From an uncultured Chloroflexia bacterium (lineage in GTDB: Bacteria > Chloroflexota > Dehalococcoidia > DSTF01 > JALHUB01): DNA of 64,000 nt. Every line of letters begins with the position of its first letter. The first letter of the stretch is position 1. The stretch covers positions 2,176,001-2,240,000 of the forward strand of contig OY969814.1 of NCBI GenBank assembly GCA_963703345.1, in the 5' to 3' direction. The translations under genes were made by a program, and so were the position numbers. Below are positions 28,368-39,263 of this stretch, in pieces. The notes below the pieces were generated by a model. It ran no database searches, was not told the origin of the DNA, and worked only from the letters and a program-made list of their open reading frames with translations.

Positions 28368-31058
28368 ATGACCAGCCAGACCACCGGCAACCTCGACAAG
28401 GCCTACAGCCCCGGCGCCGTCGAGCAGGCGCTCTACCGCTTCTGGGAGGAGCGCGGCTTCTTCACGCCCGCAATCGACCCATCGCGGCCGCCGTTCACTA
28501 TCATCATGCCGCCGCCGAACGTCTCCGGCGACCTCCATCTGGGCAGCGTCCTCTTCGTCGCCCTCGAAGACATCCTGACGCGCTGGCACCGCATGCGCGG
28601 CGAGCCGACGCTCTGGCTGCCCGGCGAGGACCACGCCGCCATCGCCACGCAGAACGTCGTCGAACGGGAGCTGGCGAATGAGGGGCTCAGCCGCCACGAG
28701 ATCGGGCGGGAGGAGTTCGTCCGTCGCGCCATGGCCTGGATCAACGACTACCGCGGCAAGATCCGCGACCAGCTCAAGCGGCTGGGCGCCTCCTGCGACT
28801 GGACGCGCGAATGCTTCACTCTCGACCCGGGGCCGGCGAAGGCGGTCCGCACGACATTCGTCAACCTGTACAACGAGGGCCTGATCTACCGAGGCGAGCG
28901 CATCATCAACTGGTGCCCACGCTGTCAGACGGCGATCTCCGACCTTGAGGTGGAGCACCACGAAGCGCAGGATCACCTCTGGTACGTCCGCTATCCGCTG
29001 CTCGACGACGAAGGCGAGCCAAGCGGCGACTACGTCACAATCGCGACGACGCGCCCGGAGACGATTGTCGCCGACGTCGCCGTTGCCGTGAACCCGAACG
29101 ACGAACGCTACAAGGCGGTCGTCGGCAGGACGGCGCTGCTGCCGATAATGGAGCGCCGGATATCGGTCATCGCCGACGAGGCGGTCAACCCGGCCTTCGG
29201 CACCGGCGCCCTCAAGATCACGCCCGGCCACGATCCCGTCGACTTCGAGGTCGGCCAGCGGCACAACCTGCGCACCATCGTCGCCATCAACCTCGACGCC
29301 ACCATGAGCGACGAGGCGGGCCCGTACAAGGGCATGGACCGCTTCGAGTGTCGCGCCGCCATCGAAGCTGACCTGGAAAAGGGCGGCTACCTGGTGAAGG
29401 TCGAGCCCTACACCCACAGCGTCGGGCACTGCCAGCGCTGCCACACCCTCGTCGAGCCGCTGGTGAGCAAGCAGTGGTTCCTGCGCATGGAGCCGCTCGC
29501 CAAGCCGGCCATCGAAGCGGTGACCAGCGGGCGCATTCGCTTCGTCCCGGAGCGCTTCACGAAGGTCTACCTGAACTGGATGGAGAACATCCGCGACTGG
29601 TGCATCTCCCGCCAGCTCTGGCTCGGCCATCCGATACCCGTCTGGTACTGCCGCGATTGCGACGGCCTGACCGTCACCGTCCTCGATCCCGAAGTCTGCC
29701 AGCACTGCGGCTCCAAGGGCATCGAGCGCGATCCCGACGTTCTCGACACCTGGTTCTCTTCTGCGCTCTGGCCGCACTCGACGCTCGGCTGGCCGGACGA
29801 CACGAAAGACCTGCGCTACTTCTATCCAACGTCGGTCATGGAGACCGGCTACGACATCATCTTCTTCTGGGTCGCCCGCATGATAATGATGGGCCTTTAC
29901 AACATGAAGGAGATCCCGTTCCACACCGTCTACCTGCACGGCCTGGTGCGCGACGAGCGCGGCGAGAAGATAAGCAAGTCCAAGGTCACAACCAAGCACC
30001 ACATTCCCAGCCCCGTCGAAGCCATCGAGACGTACGGCGCCGACGCCCTGCGCTACGCCCTCTCGACGGCGGGCACGCCGGGCAACGATCTGCGCATCTC
30101 GGAGCAACGGATCGAGGCGGGACGCAACTTCGCCAACAAGCTCTGGAACGCCGCCCGATTCGTCGTCGGCCGGCTGGAAGGGCGAAAGGTCGCGCGGCCG
30201 TCGCTCGAAGCGAAGGAAGCGATGGCGCTGGAGGACCGCTGGATCATGTCGCGCCTGAACGCGGTCGTCGCCAGCGTCGGGCAGCTTCTCGACGATTCCC
30301 AGCTCGGCGAGGCGGGCCGCCAGGCGCACGACTTCCTCTGGGGAGAGTACTGCGATTGGTACCTGGAGATGGCGAAGGTGCGCCTCGTCGCCGGCGACGA
30401 CTCGCCGCTGCCGGTGCTTGCCCACGTCCTCGACATGGCGCTCAGATTGCTGCACCCTTACATGCCGTACGTCACCGAGGCGGCCTGGCGCGCCTTGTCG
30501 CCGCACCTTGCGGACTCGGAAGCTGAGGCGCTGATCGTGGCGCCGTTCCCGCAGGCGGACGCCGTCTGGCTCGACGGCGAGTCGGAGGCGCGGGCTGAGG
30601 CGGTCATCGACGTCGTCAGAGCGATACGGAACGTGCGCGCCGAACGCGGCGTCGAGCCGGGACGCTTCGTCGAGGCGTACGTCATCGGCGACGACGACTT
30701 CCGGCAGGCGCTGGAAGGCAGCCGGGAGGCCGTGGTGGCGCTGGCGCGGGTGACGCCGCTGCATATCGTCGATTCGCCTGCTGCGGCGCCCAGCGAAGGC
30801 GTCGTTAGCGCCGTCCTGCGCGACGGGCAGGTGATTCTGCCGATGGCCGGCCTGTTCGACCTCGATGCGGAGCGCGCGCGGCTGGAGAAGCAGCTCGCGT
30901 CGTCGGAGGCGGAGGTGGAGCGCTTGCAGGCGCGCCTGGCGGACGAGCAGTTCCGCGCGAGGGCGCCGGAAGCGGTGGTGGGGCGGGAGCGCGAGAAGCT
31001 AGAGGCGGCGCAGTCACGGTCCGAGGGGTTGCGCCGTCGCCTGCAAGAGCTCGCCTAA
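28368..31058 (+). CDS. valS: Valine--tRNA ligase
   Basis: MPPPNVSG, DHAAIATQ, ATTRPET, GTGALKITPGHD, DWCISRQLW, DVLDTWFSS and a C-terminal coiled coil. Confidence 0.97.
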   Translation: MTSQTTGNLDKAYSPGAVEQALYRFWEERGFFTPAIDPSRPPFTIIMPPPNVSGDLHLGSVLFVALEDILTRWHRMRGEPTLWLPGEDHAAIATQNVVERELANEGLSRHEIGREEFVRRAMAWINDYRGKIRDQLKRLGASCDWTRECFTLDPGPAKAVRTTFVNLYNEGLIYRGERIINWCPRCQTAISDLEVEHHEAQDHLWYVRYPLLDDEGEPSGDYVTIATTRPETIVADVAVAVNPNDERYKAVVGRTALLPIMERRISVIADEAVNPAFGTGALKITPGHDPVDFEVGQRHNLRTIVAINLDATMSDEAGPYKGMDRFECRAAIEADLEKGGYLVKVEPYTHSVGHCQRCHTLVEPLVSKQWFLRMEPLAKPAIEAVTSGRIRFVPERFTKVYLNWMENIRDWCISRQLWLGHPIPVWYCRDCDGLTVTVLDPEVCQHCGSKGIERDPDVLDTWFSSALWPHSTLGWPDDTKDLRYFYPTSVMETGYDIIFFWVARMIMMGLYNMKEIPFHTVYLHGLVRDERGEKISKSKVTTKHHIPSPVEAIETYGADALRYALSTAGTPGNDLRISEQRIEAGRNFANKLWNAARFVVGRLEGRKVARPSLEAKEAMALEDRWIMSRLNAVVASVGQLLDDSQLGEAGRQAHDFLWGEYCDWYLEMAKVRLVAGDDSPLPVLAHVLDMALRLLHPYMPYVTEAAWRALSPHLADSEAEALIVAPFPQADAVWLDGESEARAEAVIDVVRAIRNVRAERGVEPGRFVEAYVIGDDDFRQALEGSREAVVALARVTPLHIVDSPAAAPSEGVVSAVLRDGQVILPMAGLFDLDAERARLEKQLASSEAEVERLQARLADEQFRARAPEAVVGREREKLEAAQSRSEGLRRRLQELA

Positions 31059-31123
31059 CCGCCGCCCATCCAACCAGGAGGTCGGCATCTTCAGGCCCAG
31101 AAGGAAGGGCCGGGAGGCTCACG

Positions 31124-32050
31124 ATGGTCGCTTCTGTTGGGAGACTAAGACGAGTTGCGCTGCGTGAAGTGTGGCCGCATGAGGCGCTCGACTTCACCAA
31201 GTGGCTTGGTGAGAACCTCGACGTGCTCAACGAGGTGCTCGGCCTCAATTTGCAGAATCCCGAGAGTGAACAAGCGGCGGGCGATTTCCGAGTCGATGTC
31301 GTTGCAGAGGAAGCCGATGGTACCCTTGTGGTAATCGAGAACCAGTTGGGCCAGAGTGATCATGACCATCTCGGCAAAATCATTACCTATCTCACAGGCC
31401 TGGAGGCGAAGAAGGCGATCTGGATCGTTGCTGACCCCAGACCCGAGCACGTCGCCGCCATCTCATGGCTAAACAGTGAATCATCGACGGCCAAGTTCTA
31501 CCTGGTGAAGGTGGAGGCCGTACGTATCGGCACGTCTGAACCGGCACCGCTGTTGACCAAAATAGTTGCTCCCAGTACAGAGCCGTCGATCAAGCAGGAG
31601 TTGACGGAAAGGCATACCCTTAGATACCGTTTCTGGGCCAGCCTCCTTGAGGCCGCAAAGCCCAGAAGTCGCCTCTTCGCAAACATATCTCCTGGGACGG
31701 ACAATTGGATGGGTGCGGGGGCGGGAAAGAGCGGAGTGTGGTATCAGTACGTCATCCGCCAGCACGACGCTACCGTGTGCCTCTACATGAGCCGAGGAAG
31801 ATTGGAGGAGAACAGGCTGATCTTCGATGCGCTGCACGAGTCAAAGGACTCGATCGAAGCCACTTTTGGGGAGCCGCTTGATTGGGTCAAACGCGAAGAC
31901 CGGCAAACGTGTGAGATAAGGAAGGTAATCCCCGGAGGCGGCTACCGGGATGACGAGGATGCCTGGTCGGCAATCCAAGACAGAATGATAGATTCGATGA
32001 CTCGTCTTGAGACGGCGTTGCGGCCCTTCATAGCCAGGTTGCCAGTGTAA
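31124..32050 (+). CDS. DUF4268-type protein with N-terminal PD-(D/E)XK-like domain
   Basis: LREVWPHEALDFTKWL, RVDVV...IENQL..SDHDHLGKIITY; C-terminal FW...IEATFGEPLDW. Confidence 0.75.
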   Translation: MVASVGRLRRVALREVWPHEALDFTKWLGENLDVLNEVLGLNLQNPESEQAAGDFRVDVVAEEADGTLVVIENQLGQSDHDHLGKIITYLTGLEAKKAIWIVADPRPEHVAAISWLNSESSTAKFYLVKVEAVRIGTSEPAPLLTKIVAPSTEPSIKQELTERHTLRYRFWASLLEAAKPRSRLFANISPGTDNWMGAGAGKSGVWYQYVIRQHDATVCLYMSRGRLEENRLIFDALHESKDSIEATFGEPLDWVKREDRQTCEIRKVIPGGGYRDDEDAWSAIQDRMIDSMTRLETALRPFIARLPV

Positions 32051-32200
32051 ACGCCGAAGGACGGCGGCGTTGGCGAGGCGTCCAAGGGCCCCGAGGCGAC
32101 GGGCGGCCCTGCCGGTGAAGTCGCAATTCAGGAACCTCGCTCTCCCCCTGGTCGGAAGGATCGGGCGAGATGCCCGCCCCCCGCGGGAATGTCCCCCAAA

Positions 32201-32229
32201 TTGACCCATACATTGCCTATTGATAGCAT
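32201..32229 (+). promoter_or_regulatory. Sigma70-type promoter for the nuo operon
   Basis: TTGACC-17 nt-TAGCAT, about 40 nt upstream of nuoA. Confidence 0.6.
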
Positions 32230-32268
32230 TTCGCTGTAGGTTGCCTGCACATCTCTCATAGCGGTGAT

Positions 32269-32627
32269 TTGTTGCAAACCCTCTTGAATAATTACGCGGC
32301 CGTCCTTCTGGCCGTGGGTATCGGTGTGGGAATGGTCCTGGCAGCCCTCATCGCGGCCAGGATACTGGCGCCGTTCTCCTCGTCGAAGGCCAAGTCCACC
32401 CCCTACGAGTGCGGCATGCTCCCCATTGGGCGCGTCCGCACCCAGATGAGCATTCGCTACTATCTATACGCAATCCTCTTCCTCGTCTTCGACGCGGAGG
32501 CCGTGTTCCTCTTCCCCTGGGCCGTCAGCCTCGTCGGCGTGGGCAAGGCCGCCTTCTTCGAGATGGTGCTCTTCCTCTCCGTCATGGGCGCCGGCCTGAT
32601 CTATGCCTGGAAGAAGGGAGCGCTGGA

Positions 32628-32637
<10 letters not shown>
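32269..32637 (+). CDS. nuoA: NADH-quinone oxidoreductase subunit A
   Basis: [19 protein letters not shown] and WKKGALEW. Confidence 0.95.
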
Positions 32638-33208
<571 letters not shown>

Positions 33209-33212
<4 letters not shown>

Positions 33213-33814
33213 CCTCTCCGCACGAAGGCCCGCAGGAGGCGCCGATCGTCCCGCCCGAGCCCGGGACCATCGCCGACCTGTTCCGCGAAGCGCTGCCCGA
33301 CGTCGAATTCGTCGCCTCGCAGGGGCCCATCGACGTCATGCTCACCGTCGACCGGAAAGACATCCCGCAAGTCCTGCGCACGGCCAAGGACGACCCGAAG
33401 CTCGACCTGAAGTACCTGCGCTGCCTGCTCGGCGTTGACCACGAGGACGCGGGGCTGGAGGTCGTCTACCAGCTTTACTCCTTCACCCGCGGCCACGGCG
33501 TCACGCTGAAGACGCGTTTGCCACAGGACGACCCGCGCGTGGCGTCTGCCGCGTCGATCTGGAAGGGCGCCGACTGGCTGGAGCGGGAGACGGCGGAGAT
33601 GTTCGGCATCGTGTTCGAGGGGCACCCGAATCCCGTGCCGCTGCTGCTGCCGGACGACATGACGGACCACCATCCGCTGCGCAAGGACAACCCGCTGGCG
33701 CAGGTGGAAGAGTGGCAGGGGCTGCGCCTGGGCGCGGAGGCGGCGAAGGTCGGGCATATCCCGGCTGGCTACGAGAGCATCGCCGGCGAAGGCGGCGAGG
33801 AGAACGGCGGCTAG
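33209..33814 (+). CDS. nuoC: NADH-quinone oxidoreductase subunit C
   Basis: [20 protein letters not shown] and HPLRKD. Confidence 0.93.
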
Positions 33815-33817
33815 GCG

Positions 33818-34942
33818 ATGGTGACGGAACAAGAACGCGAGCTCGAGACGCTCGATATCAACGTCAACGTCGGGCCGCAGCACCCGGCGACTCACGGCGT
33901 CTTCCGCATGGTGCTCAGCGTCAGCGGCGAGAAGGTCGTCAACGTCGTGCCGCACATCGGCTACATGCACCGCGGTGCCGAGAAGCTGTCCGAGAACGTC
34001 GACTACCGTCAGGGCATCATCTACCAGGACCGCACCGAGTACCTGGCGCAGTTCAACGCTGAGATGTGCTACTGCATGGCGGTGGAGAAGCTGGCCGGCC
34101 TGGAGCCGCCGGAGCGCGCGGAGTATATCCGCGTAATCCTTACGGAGCTGAACCGCATAACGAGCCACTACATGTTCGTCGGCGCCTTCGCCACCGACAT
34201 CGGCGTCTACGGCACCGCTTTCACATACGCTTTCCGAGAGCGCGAGTACATCCAGGAGATATTCGACGCTGTGTCCGGCGACCGCATGATGTACGGCTAC
34301 TTCCGGCCCGGCGGCGTTGTCTGGGACTTGCCCGACGACTTCAGGGAGCGCGTCCGCTGGGTCTGCCGGCAAACACGCGTCGGCATCGACGACATCGACC
34401 GGCTGCTGACGACGAACGAGATATTCCTCACCCGCTGCCGCGACATCGGCGTCATCTCGCAGGATGACGCCATCGACTACGGCCTCTCCGGCCCGATGCT
34501 GCGCGCCTGCGGCCTCCCCTTCGACCTGCGCCGCAATGAGCCGTACTCCATCTATGACCGCTTCGACTTCGACATCCCGACCGGCACGCACGGCGACGTG
34601 TATGACCGCTACCTTGTGCGAATGGAAGAGATGCGGCAATCGGTGCGCATCGTTGAGCAGGCGCTGGAGCAGATGCCGGACGGCCCGATCATGCCGGAGA
34701 AGGCGCCGCGGCGGCTGCGACTGCCTCCGGGCGAGGTGTACATGCGCACCGAGAACCCGCGCGGCGAGTACGGCATCTACCTCGTCTCGAAGGGCGGCGA
34801 GAAGCCGTACCGGCTGAAGATCCGCTCCTCCTGCCTGAGCAACCTGACGGCGCTGCGGCAGATGGTTGTCGGGCACTACATCGCCGACGCCGTCGTCATC
34901 CTTGGCTCCGTGGACATCGTTCTGGGAGAGGTGGACAGGTGA
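33818..34942 (+). CDS. nuoD: NADH-quinone oxidoreductase subunit D
   Basis: GPQHPATHGV, GYMHRGAEK, ENPRGE and GEVDR. No NiFe-binding CxxC motifs. Confidence 0.96.
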   Translation: MVTEQERELETLDINVNVGPQHPATHGVFRMVLSVSGEKVVNVVPHIGYMHRGAEKLSENVDYRQGIIYQDRTEYLAQFNAEMCYCMAVEKLAGLEPPERAEYIRVILTELNRITSHYMFVGAFATDIGVYGTAFTYAFREREYIQEIFDAVSGDRMMYGYFRPGGVVWDLPDDFRERVRWVCRQTRVGIDDIDRLLTTNEIFLTRCRDIGVISQDDAIDYGLSGPMLRACGLPFDLRRNEPYSIYDRFDFDIPTGTHGDVYDRYLVRMEEMRQSVRIVEQALEQMPDGPIMPEKAPRRLRLPPGEVYMRTENPRGEYGIYLVSKGGEKPYRLKIRSSCLSNLTALRQMVVGHYIADAVVILGSVDIVLGEVDR

Positions 34943-36051
34943 GCCAGTTGGGCGAATTCTTCGACAACGTCTGGGTGGACGCCTTCTGGCGGCTCCTGGT
35001 CGTCCTCGGCCTGATGGTGTTCGTCGTGCTTGCGCTGACTTATGTCGAGCGGAAGTTCATCGGCCGCATCCAGATGCGCCTCGGCCCGATGCGCACGGGT
35101 CCCTACGGCATCTTCCAGCCCATCGCCGACATGATGAAGATCCTGCTGAAGGAGGACCTGCGGCCCGCCACCGCCGACCGCCTGGCTTTCGAGCTGGCGC
35201 CCTTTCTGGCGTTCGTGCCCGTCTTCCTGACGCTGCTGGTCCTGCCCTTCACCGCCAGATGGAGCGTTCGCGTCCTCGACCTGGGGCTGCTCTATTTCCT
35301 CGCCGTGTCCGGTCTTACCGTGCTCGGCTATGTCATCGCCGGCTGGGCCTCCGACAGCAAGTACGGCCTCATCGGCGCTCTGCGCACGGCGGCGCAGCTC
35401 ATCAGCTACGAAGTGCCGCTCGTCCTGGCCGTGCTGGCGCTGTCGATGCTTGCCGGCTCTCTCAACCTCGTCGACATCGTCCGCGACCAGGGACGCGTGC
35501 CGTTCATCGTCTGGCAGCCGCTGGGGTTCTTCCTGTTCATGGCGGCGGCGGTATCGGACCTCTCACGCCGTCCCTTCGACGTCGCGGCGGCGGAGTCGGA
35601 GGTGGCCGGCGGGCCGTGGATCGAGTTCAGCAGCATCCGCTGGAGCATTCTCTACGCCCTCACCGAGTACACGAACATGTTCGCGCTCTGCGTCCTCGGA
35701 TCGCTCATCTTCCTCGGCGGCTGGGACTGGCCGCTGGGACTGAAGTGGGGCTGGCCCTGGCAGCTCGTCCTCATCTTCGGGAAGACGATGACCTTGATCC
35801 TCGTCATCATGTGGCTGAACGCTACTTTCCCGCGCGTCCGCGTCGACCAGCTCATGTCGTTCTGCTGGAAGCTCCTGTTGCCGCTGGCGTTCGCGCAGAT
35901 CTTCCTGAACGGCCTCATCATCGTCTATGCCTGGCCGGACTGGACATTCCTGGTGACCTCCGGCCTCACGCTGCTCGTCGCCGGCTACGTCGTCTACACG
36001 CGGCTGCCGCTGGGCTCGCCGTCGCGAATCGTCGCAAGGAGTACGGTCTGA
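34939..36051 (+). CDS. nuoH: NADH-quinone oxidoreductase subunit H
   Basis: ERKFIGRIQMRLGP, ISYEVP, RRPFD...AESE and PRVRVDQL. Confidence 0.95.
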   Translation: MSQLGEFFDNVWVDAFWRLLVVLGLMVFVVLALTYVERKFIGRIQMRLGPMRTGPYGIFQPIADMMKILLKEDLRPATADRLAFELAPFLAFVPVFLTLLVLPFTARWSVRVLDLGLLYFLAVSGLTVLGYVIAGWASDSKYGLIGALRTAAQLISYEVPLVLAVLALSMLAGSLNLVDIVRDQGRVPFIVWQPLGFFLFMAAAVSDLSRRPFDVAAAESEVAGGPWIEFSSIRWSILYALTEYTNMFALCVLGSLIFLGGWDWPLGLKWGWPWQLVLIFGKTMTLILVIMWLNATFPRVRVDQLMSFCWKLLLPLAFAQIFLNGLIIVYAWPDWTFLVTSGLTLLVAGYVVYTRLPLGSPSRIVARSTV

Positions 36052-36515
36052 TGCTGGGAGTGCTGCGGAGCATGACGGCGACCTTCCGGACGATGGTCCG
36101 CAAGCCGGTGACCATCCAGTATCCGACGGTGCGCCGCGCGATACCGGAGCGCGAGCGAGGATACCCCCTGCTCCTCTGGGACGGCGAGGTCGGCGAGCCG
36201 TTCTGCACCGGCTGCCACGCCTGCGAGCGCGCCTGCCCGACAGAGTGCATATCGGTCATTATGAAGGACAATCCGCTGGCGGCTGAAGGGAAGAGCAAGC
36301 GGCGCAAGATCGTCGACCAGTTCCTGCTGGACTACGGGCGCTGCATTCGCTGCCGCATCTGCGTCGAGACGTGCAACTTCAGCGCCATCGCCATGAACAA
36401 CACCTGGGCGGGCCACGAGATGTCGCGCTACGACCGCGGCGAGCTGGTGATGGACCTGGAGCAACTGCTGGCCGCCTCGCGCGAGGGCGGATTCATGCCC
36501 TGGGTGGCGCCATGA
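36051..36515 (+). CDS. nuoI: NADH-quinone oxidoreductase subunit I
   Basis: TIQYP, CTGCHACERACP and CIRCRICVETC. ATG at 36051. Confidence 0.93.
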   Translation: MLGVLRSMTATFRTMVRKPVTIQYPTVRRAIPERERGYPLLLWDGEVGEPFCTGCHACERACPTECISVIMKDNPLAAEGKSKRRKIVDQFLLDYGRCIRCRICVETCNFSAIAMNNTWAGHEMSRYDRGELVMDLEQLLAASREGGFMPWVAP

Positions 36516-37018
36516 CCGTAACGGAAGTGCTGTTCTACTTCATCGCGGGGGCCACCGTGCTCAGCGCGCTGGGCGTCGTGGCGACGGGGAAGGTGGCATA
36601 CGCCGCCATCTCGCTCGTCTTCACGCTGCTGGCGGTGGCGGCGCTGTACATCCTGCTCGCCAGCGAGTTCCTGGCGCTGGTGCAGGTGCTTCTCTACGCC
36701 GGCGGCGTCGCGGTGCTGCTGCTGTTCGCGCTGATGCTGACGCGCGCCCGCGAGCTTGTGCCGGAGCTGGACGGTGCGCAGAAGCCCTTCGCGGTTGTGG
36801 CCGCACTGAGCCTGATGGGCGTGCTCATCGCCACCGTCTTTCTAACTACGTGGCCGCGGAAGGCCGACGAGCCAACGATCGTGAACCTCAGCGCTATCGG
36901 CGACGCGCTGTTCCGGACGTGGACGCTTCCTTTCGAGGTCGTATCGCTGGTGCTGCTGGTCGCGCTCGTCGGCGCGATAGTGCTGGCGCGGTCGGAGGAG
37001 GAGGAGGAAGACCTGTGA
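36512..37018 (+). CDS. nuoJ: NADH-quinone oxidoreductase subunit J
   Basis: QVLLYAGG and PFEVVSLVLLVALVGAI. Confidence 0.93.
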   Translation: MTVTEVLFYFIAGATVLSALGVVATGKVAYAAISLVFTLLAVAALYILLASEFLALVQVLLYAGGVAVLLLFALMLTRARELVPELDGAQKPFAVVAALSLMGVLIATVFLTTWPRKADEPTIVNLSAIGDALFRTWTLPFEVVSLVLLVALVGAIVLARSEEEEEDL

Positions 37019-37323
37019 TCCCGCTTCAGAGCTTCCTCGTGCTCAGCGCCATCCTCTTCTCGCTCGGCGTCTACGGCGTCCTTGTCCGAAGGCACGCGGT
37101 GCTGATCCTGATGTCGGTTGAGCTGATGCTTAACGCCGCCAGCATCAACATGGTCGCCTTCGCCGCCTATACGTCGCCGGAGCGATTCGCCGGCATCATC
37201 TTCGCAATCTTCATCATCACCATCGCCGCCGCCGAAGTCGGGCTGGCGCTGGCGATAGTCCTGCGCATCTTCCGCAACCGCACGACAGCGAACGTCGATG
37301 AGGTGCACGAGCTGAAATGGTAG
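37015..37323 (+). CDS. nuoK: NADH-quinone oxidoreductase subunit K
   Basis: LMSVELMLNA and AAAEVGLALA. GTG start. Confidence 0.93.
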   Translation: MIPLQSFLVLSAILFSLGVYGVLVRRHAVLILMSVELMLNAASINMVAFAAYTSPERFAGIIFAIFIITIAAAEVGLALAIVLRIFRNRTTANVDEVHELKW

Positions 37324-37363
37324 CAACGACGGCCGTTTCGACTAGCGAGAGGGACAGATAGCG

Positions 37364-39262
37364 ATGGGCATGGAGCAGGCGTGGCTCATCCCCGCCATTC
37401 CGGCCGCTGCCGCCGCCATCCTCATCCTCTTCGGCAAGTACCTGCCGCGCAAGGGCGACTGGCTGTCGGTGCTGGCGATAAGCGCCTCGTTCGTGCTGTT
37501 CATCTTCGTCCTCAAGGACCTGACTAGCGCGCTGGCCGGCGGCGGCGAGTTCACGGCGGTCCACTCCGGCCACCAGTGGGTGAAGTTCGACGGCTTCGAG
37601 TTGCGCATCGGCTTCCAGGTCGACCAGCTCGCGGCCGTGATGCTGGCGGTCGTCAGCTTCATCAGCCTGATGGTGCAAGTCTACTCGCTCGGCTACATGA
37701 AGGGCGACAAGCGTTACGGCTGGTATTTCGCCGTGCAGTCGCTGTTCGCGGCGGCCATGCTTACGCTCGTCCTCGCCGACAACTTCCTGCTGCTGTACTT
37801 CGCCTGGGAGGGCGTCGGCCTCTGCTCGTTCCTGCTCATCGGCCACTACCACGAGCGGCGCTCCGCGGCGGAGGCGGCGAAGAAGGCGTTCATCACCACG
37901 CGCCTGGGCGATGTCGGCCTCCTGATCGGCGTCATCCTGCTCTATCGTTCCGTCGGCACGTTCGACATGTCGACCATCTTCAACGCCGCGCGCGCCGGCC
38001 AGATCGACCACGCCTACCTGACGGCGGCAGTCCTCCTCATCCTGCTGGGCGCGATGGGAAAGTCGGCGCAGTTCCCGTTCCATGTCTGGCTGCCCGACGC
38101 CATGGAGGGCCCAACGCCGGTCAGCGCCCTGATCCACGCCGCAACGATGGTCGTCGCCGGCGTCTACCTGGTGGCGCGCACGATGCCGCTCTTCCAGGAG
38201 GTGCCCGCAACGCTGATAGCCGTTACCGGTGTTGGTCTGATCACCACCTTCATGTCGGCGACGATGGGCCTGGTGATGACGGACATCAAGCGCGTCGTCG
38301 CCTACTCGACGCTGAACAGCCTCGGGCTCATGTTCATCGCCCTGGGCGCGGGCTCCGTGACCGTCGCGCTGCTATACGTGTTCACGCACGCCTTCTTCAA
38401 GGCGCTGCTCTTCCTCGCCTCGGGATCGGTCTACCACGCGACGGATGAGCTGGAGGTGACGCGGATGGGCGGCCTGGCGAAGAAGATGCCGGTCACAGCG
38501 ACGGTCTTCACGCTCGGCGCTCTGTCGATGGCCGGCCTGGTGCCTCTGGCCGGCTTCTGGGCGAAGGACGAGCTTCTACTGACGACCTTCAACAACCACA
38601 ACTTCGTCATCTACCTGCTCGTGCTGGCAAGCGTGCTCATCACCGCCCTATACATGACGCGACTGGTCCTGCTGGTCTTCACGGGCAAGCCGCGCGACGA
38701 GCATGTCTACGAGCACGCGCATGAGCCCGGCCCGGCGATGCGCCTGCCCATCATCCTGCTGGGCGTGCTGACGGTGTTCGCCGGTTTCGTCGTCTTCAAC
38801 GGCGTCGGGCGGCTGATGGGCTTCCCGGGCGGCTTCGGCGAGTTCCTGTTCACGAGCGAGCCGGAGGCGCTCCGGATAAACGTCGGCGTCACCGCCTCGT
38901 CGATCCTGCTGGTGCTGCTCGGAATCGCCGGCGGCTTCTACTTCTGGGGCGGAGCGTCGGAGCGCGCCAGGGCCGCAGGCGCGGCCGCGCCGCAGCTTTA
39001 CCGCCTCTTCCGCAATAAGTACTACATGGACGACGCCTACCAGTGGGCCATCAATCACGTCGTGCTTGTCGTGGCGGGCGCAGTTTCCTGGTACGACCGC
39101 GCGGTAGTGAACGACACCGGCGTCAACGGGCCGGCCGATGTCACGCGCTTCGGCGGCTTCCTGCTGAAGTTCCACGAGACGGGCCGGATGCCCAACTACG
39201 CCCTGCTCATGGCCGTCGGCGTGGTCGTCCTGTCGATAGCTGCTTTGATCGTAGGGACGTAG
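37364..39262 (+). CDS. nuoL: NADH-quinone oxidoreductase subunit L
   Basis: WEGVGLCSF, GKSAQFPFHVWLPDAMEGPTPVSALIHAATMV and HAFFKALLFL. Confidence 0.96.
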   Translation: MGMEQAWLIPAIPAAAAAILILFGKYLPRKGDWLSVLAISASFVLFIFVLKDLTSALAGGGEFTAVHSGHQWVKFDGFELRIGFQVDQLAAVMLAVVSFISLMVQVYSLGYMKGDKRYGWYFAVQSLFAAAMLTLVLADNFLLLYFAWEGVGLCSFLLIGHYHERRSAAEAAKKAFITTRLGDVGLLIGVILLYRSVGTFDMSTIFNAARAGQIDHAYLTAAVLLILLGAMGKSAQFPFHVWLPDAMEGPTPVSALIHAATMVVAGVYLVARTMPLFQEVPATLIAVTGVGLITTFMSATMGLVMTDIKRVVAYSTLNSLGLMFIALGAGSVTVALLYVFTHAFFKALLFLASGSVYHATDELEVTRMGGLAKKMPVTATVFTLGALSMAGLVPLAGFWAKDELLLTTFNNHNFVIYLLVLASVLITALYMTRLVLLVFTGKPRDEHVYEHAHEPGPAMRLPIILLGVLTVFAGFVVFNGVGRLMGFPGGFGEFLFTSEPEALRINVGVTASSILLVLLGIAGGFYFWGGASERARAAGAAAPQLYRLFRNKYYMDDAYQWAINHVVLVVAGAVSWYDRAVVNDTGVNGPADVTRFGGFLLKFHETGRMPNYALLMAVGVVVLSIAALIVGT

Positions 39263-39263
39263 C

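Noticed and set aside
27645-30764. 1039-aa antisense ORF over valS, plus similar long antisense ORFs over nuoD, glnA, amt, metF and fhs
   Set aside because: Shadow frames of GC-biased codon usage, with no recognisable motifs.
33818-34942. Group 4 [NiFe]-hydrogenase large subunit
   Set aside because: Lacks both CxxC metal-binding motifs and has the NuoD HPATHG and GEVDR signatures.
34866-36050. Long N-terminal extensions in the ORF track (nuoI 549 aa, GlnR-like 412 aa, fhs 662 aa, rmlC-like 235 aa)
   Set aside because: Extensions overlap other genes or promoters, and homology begins at the internal starts used here.
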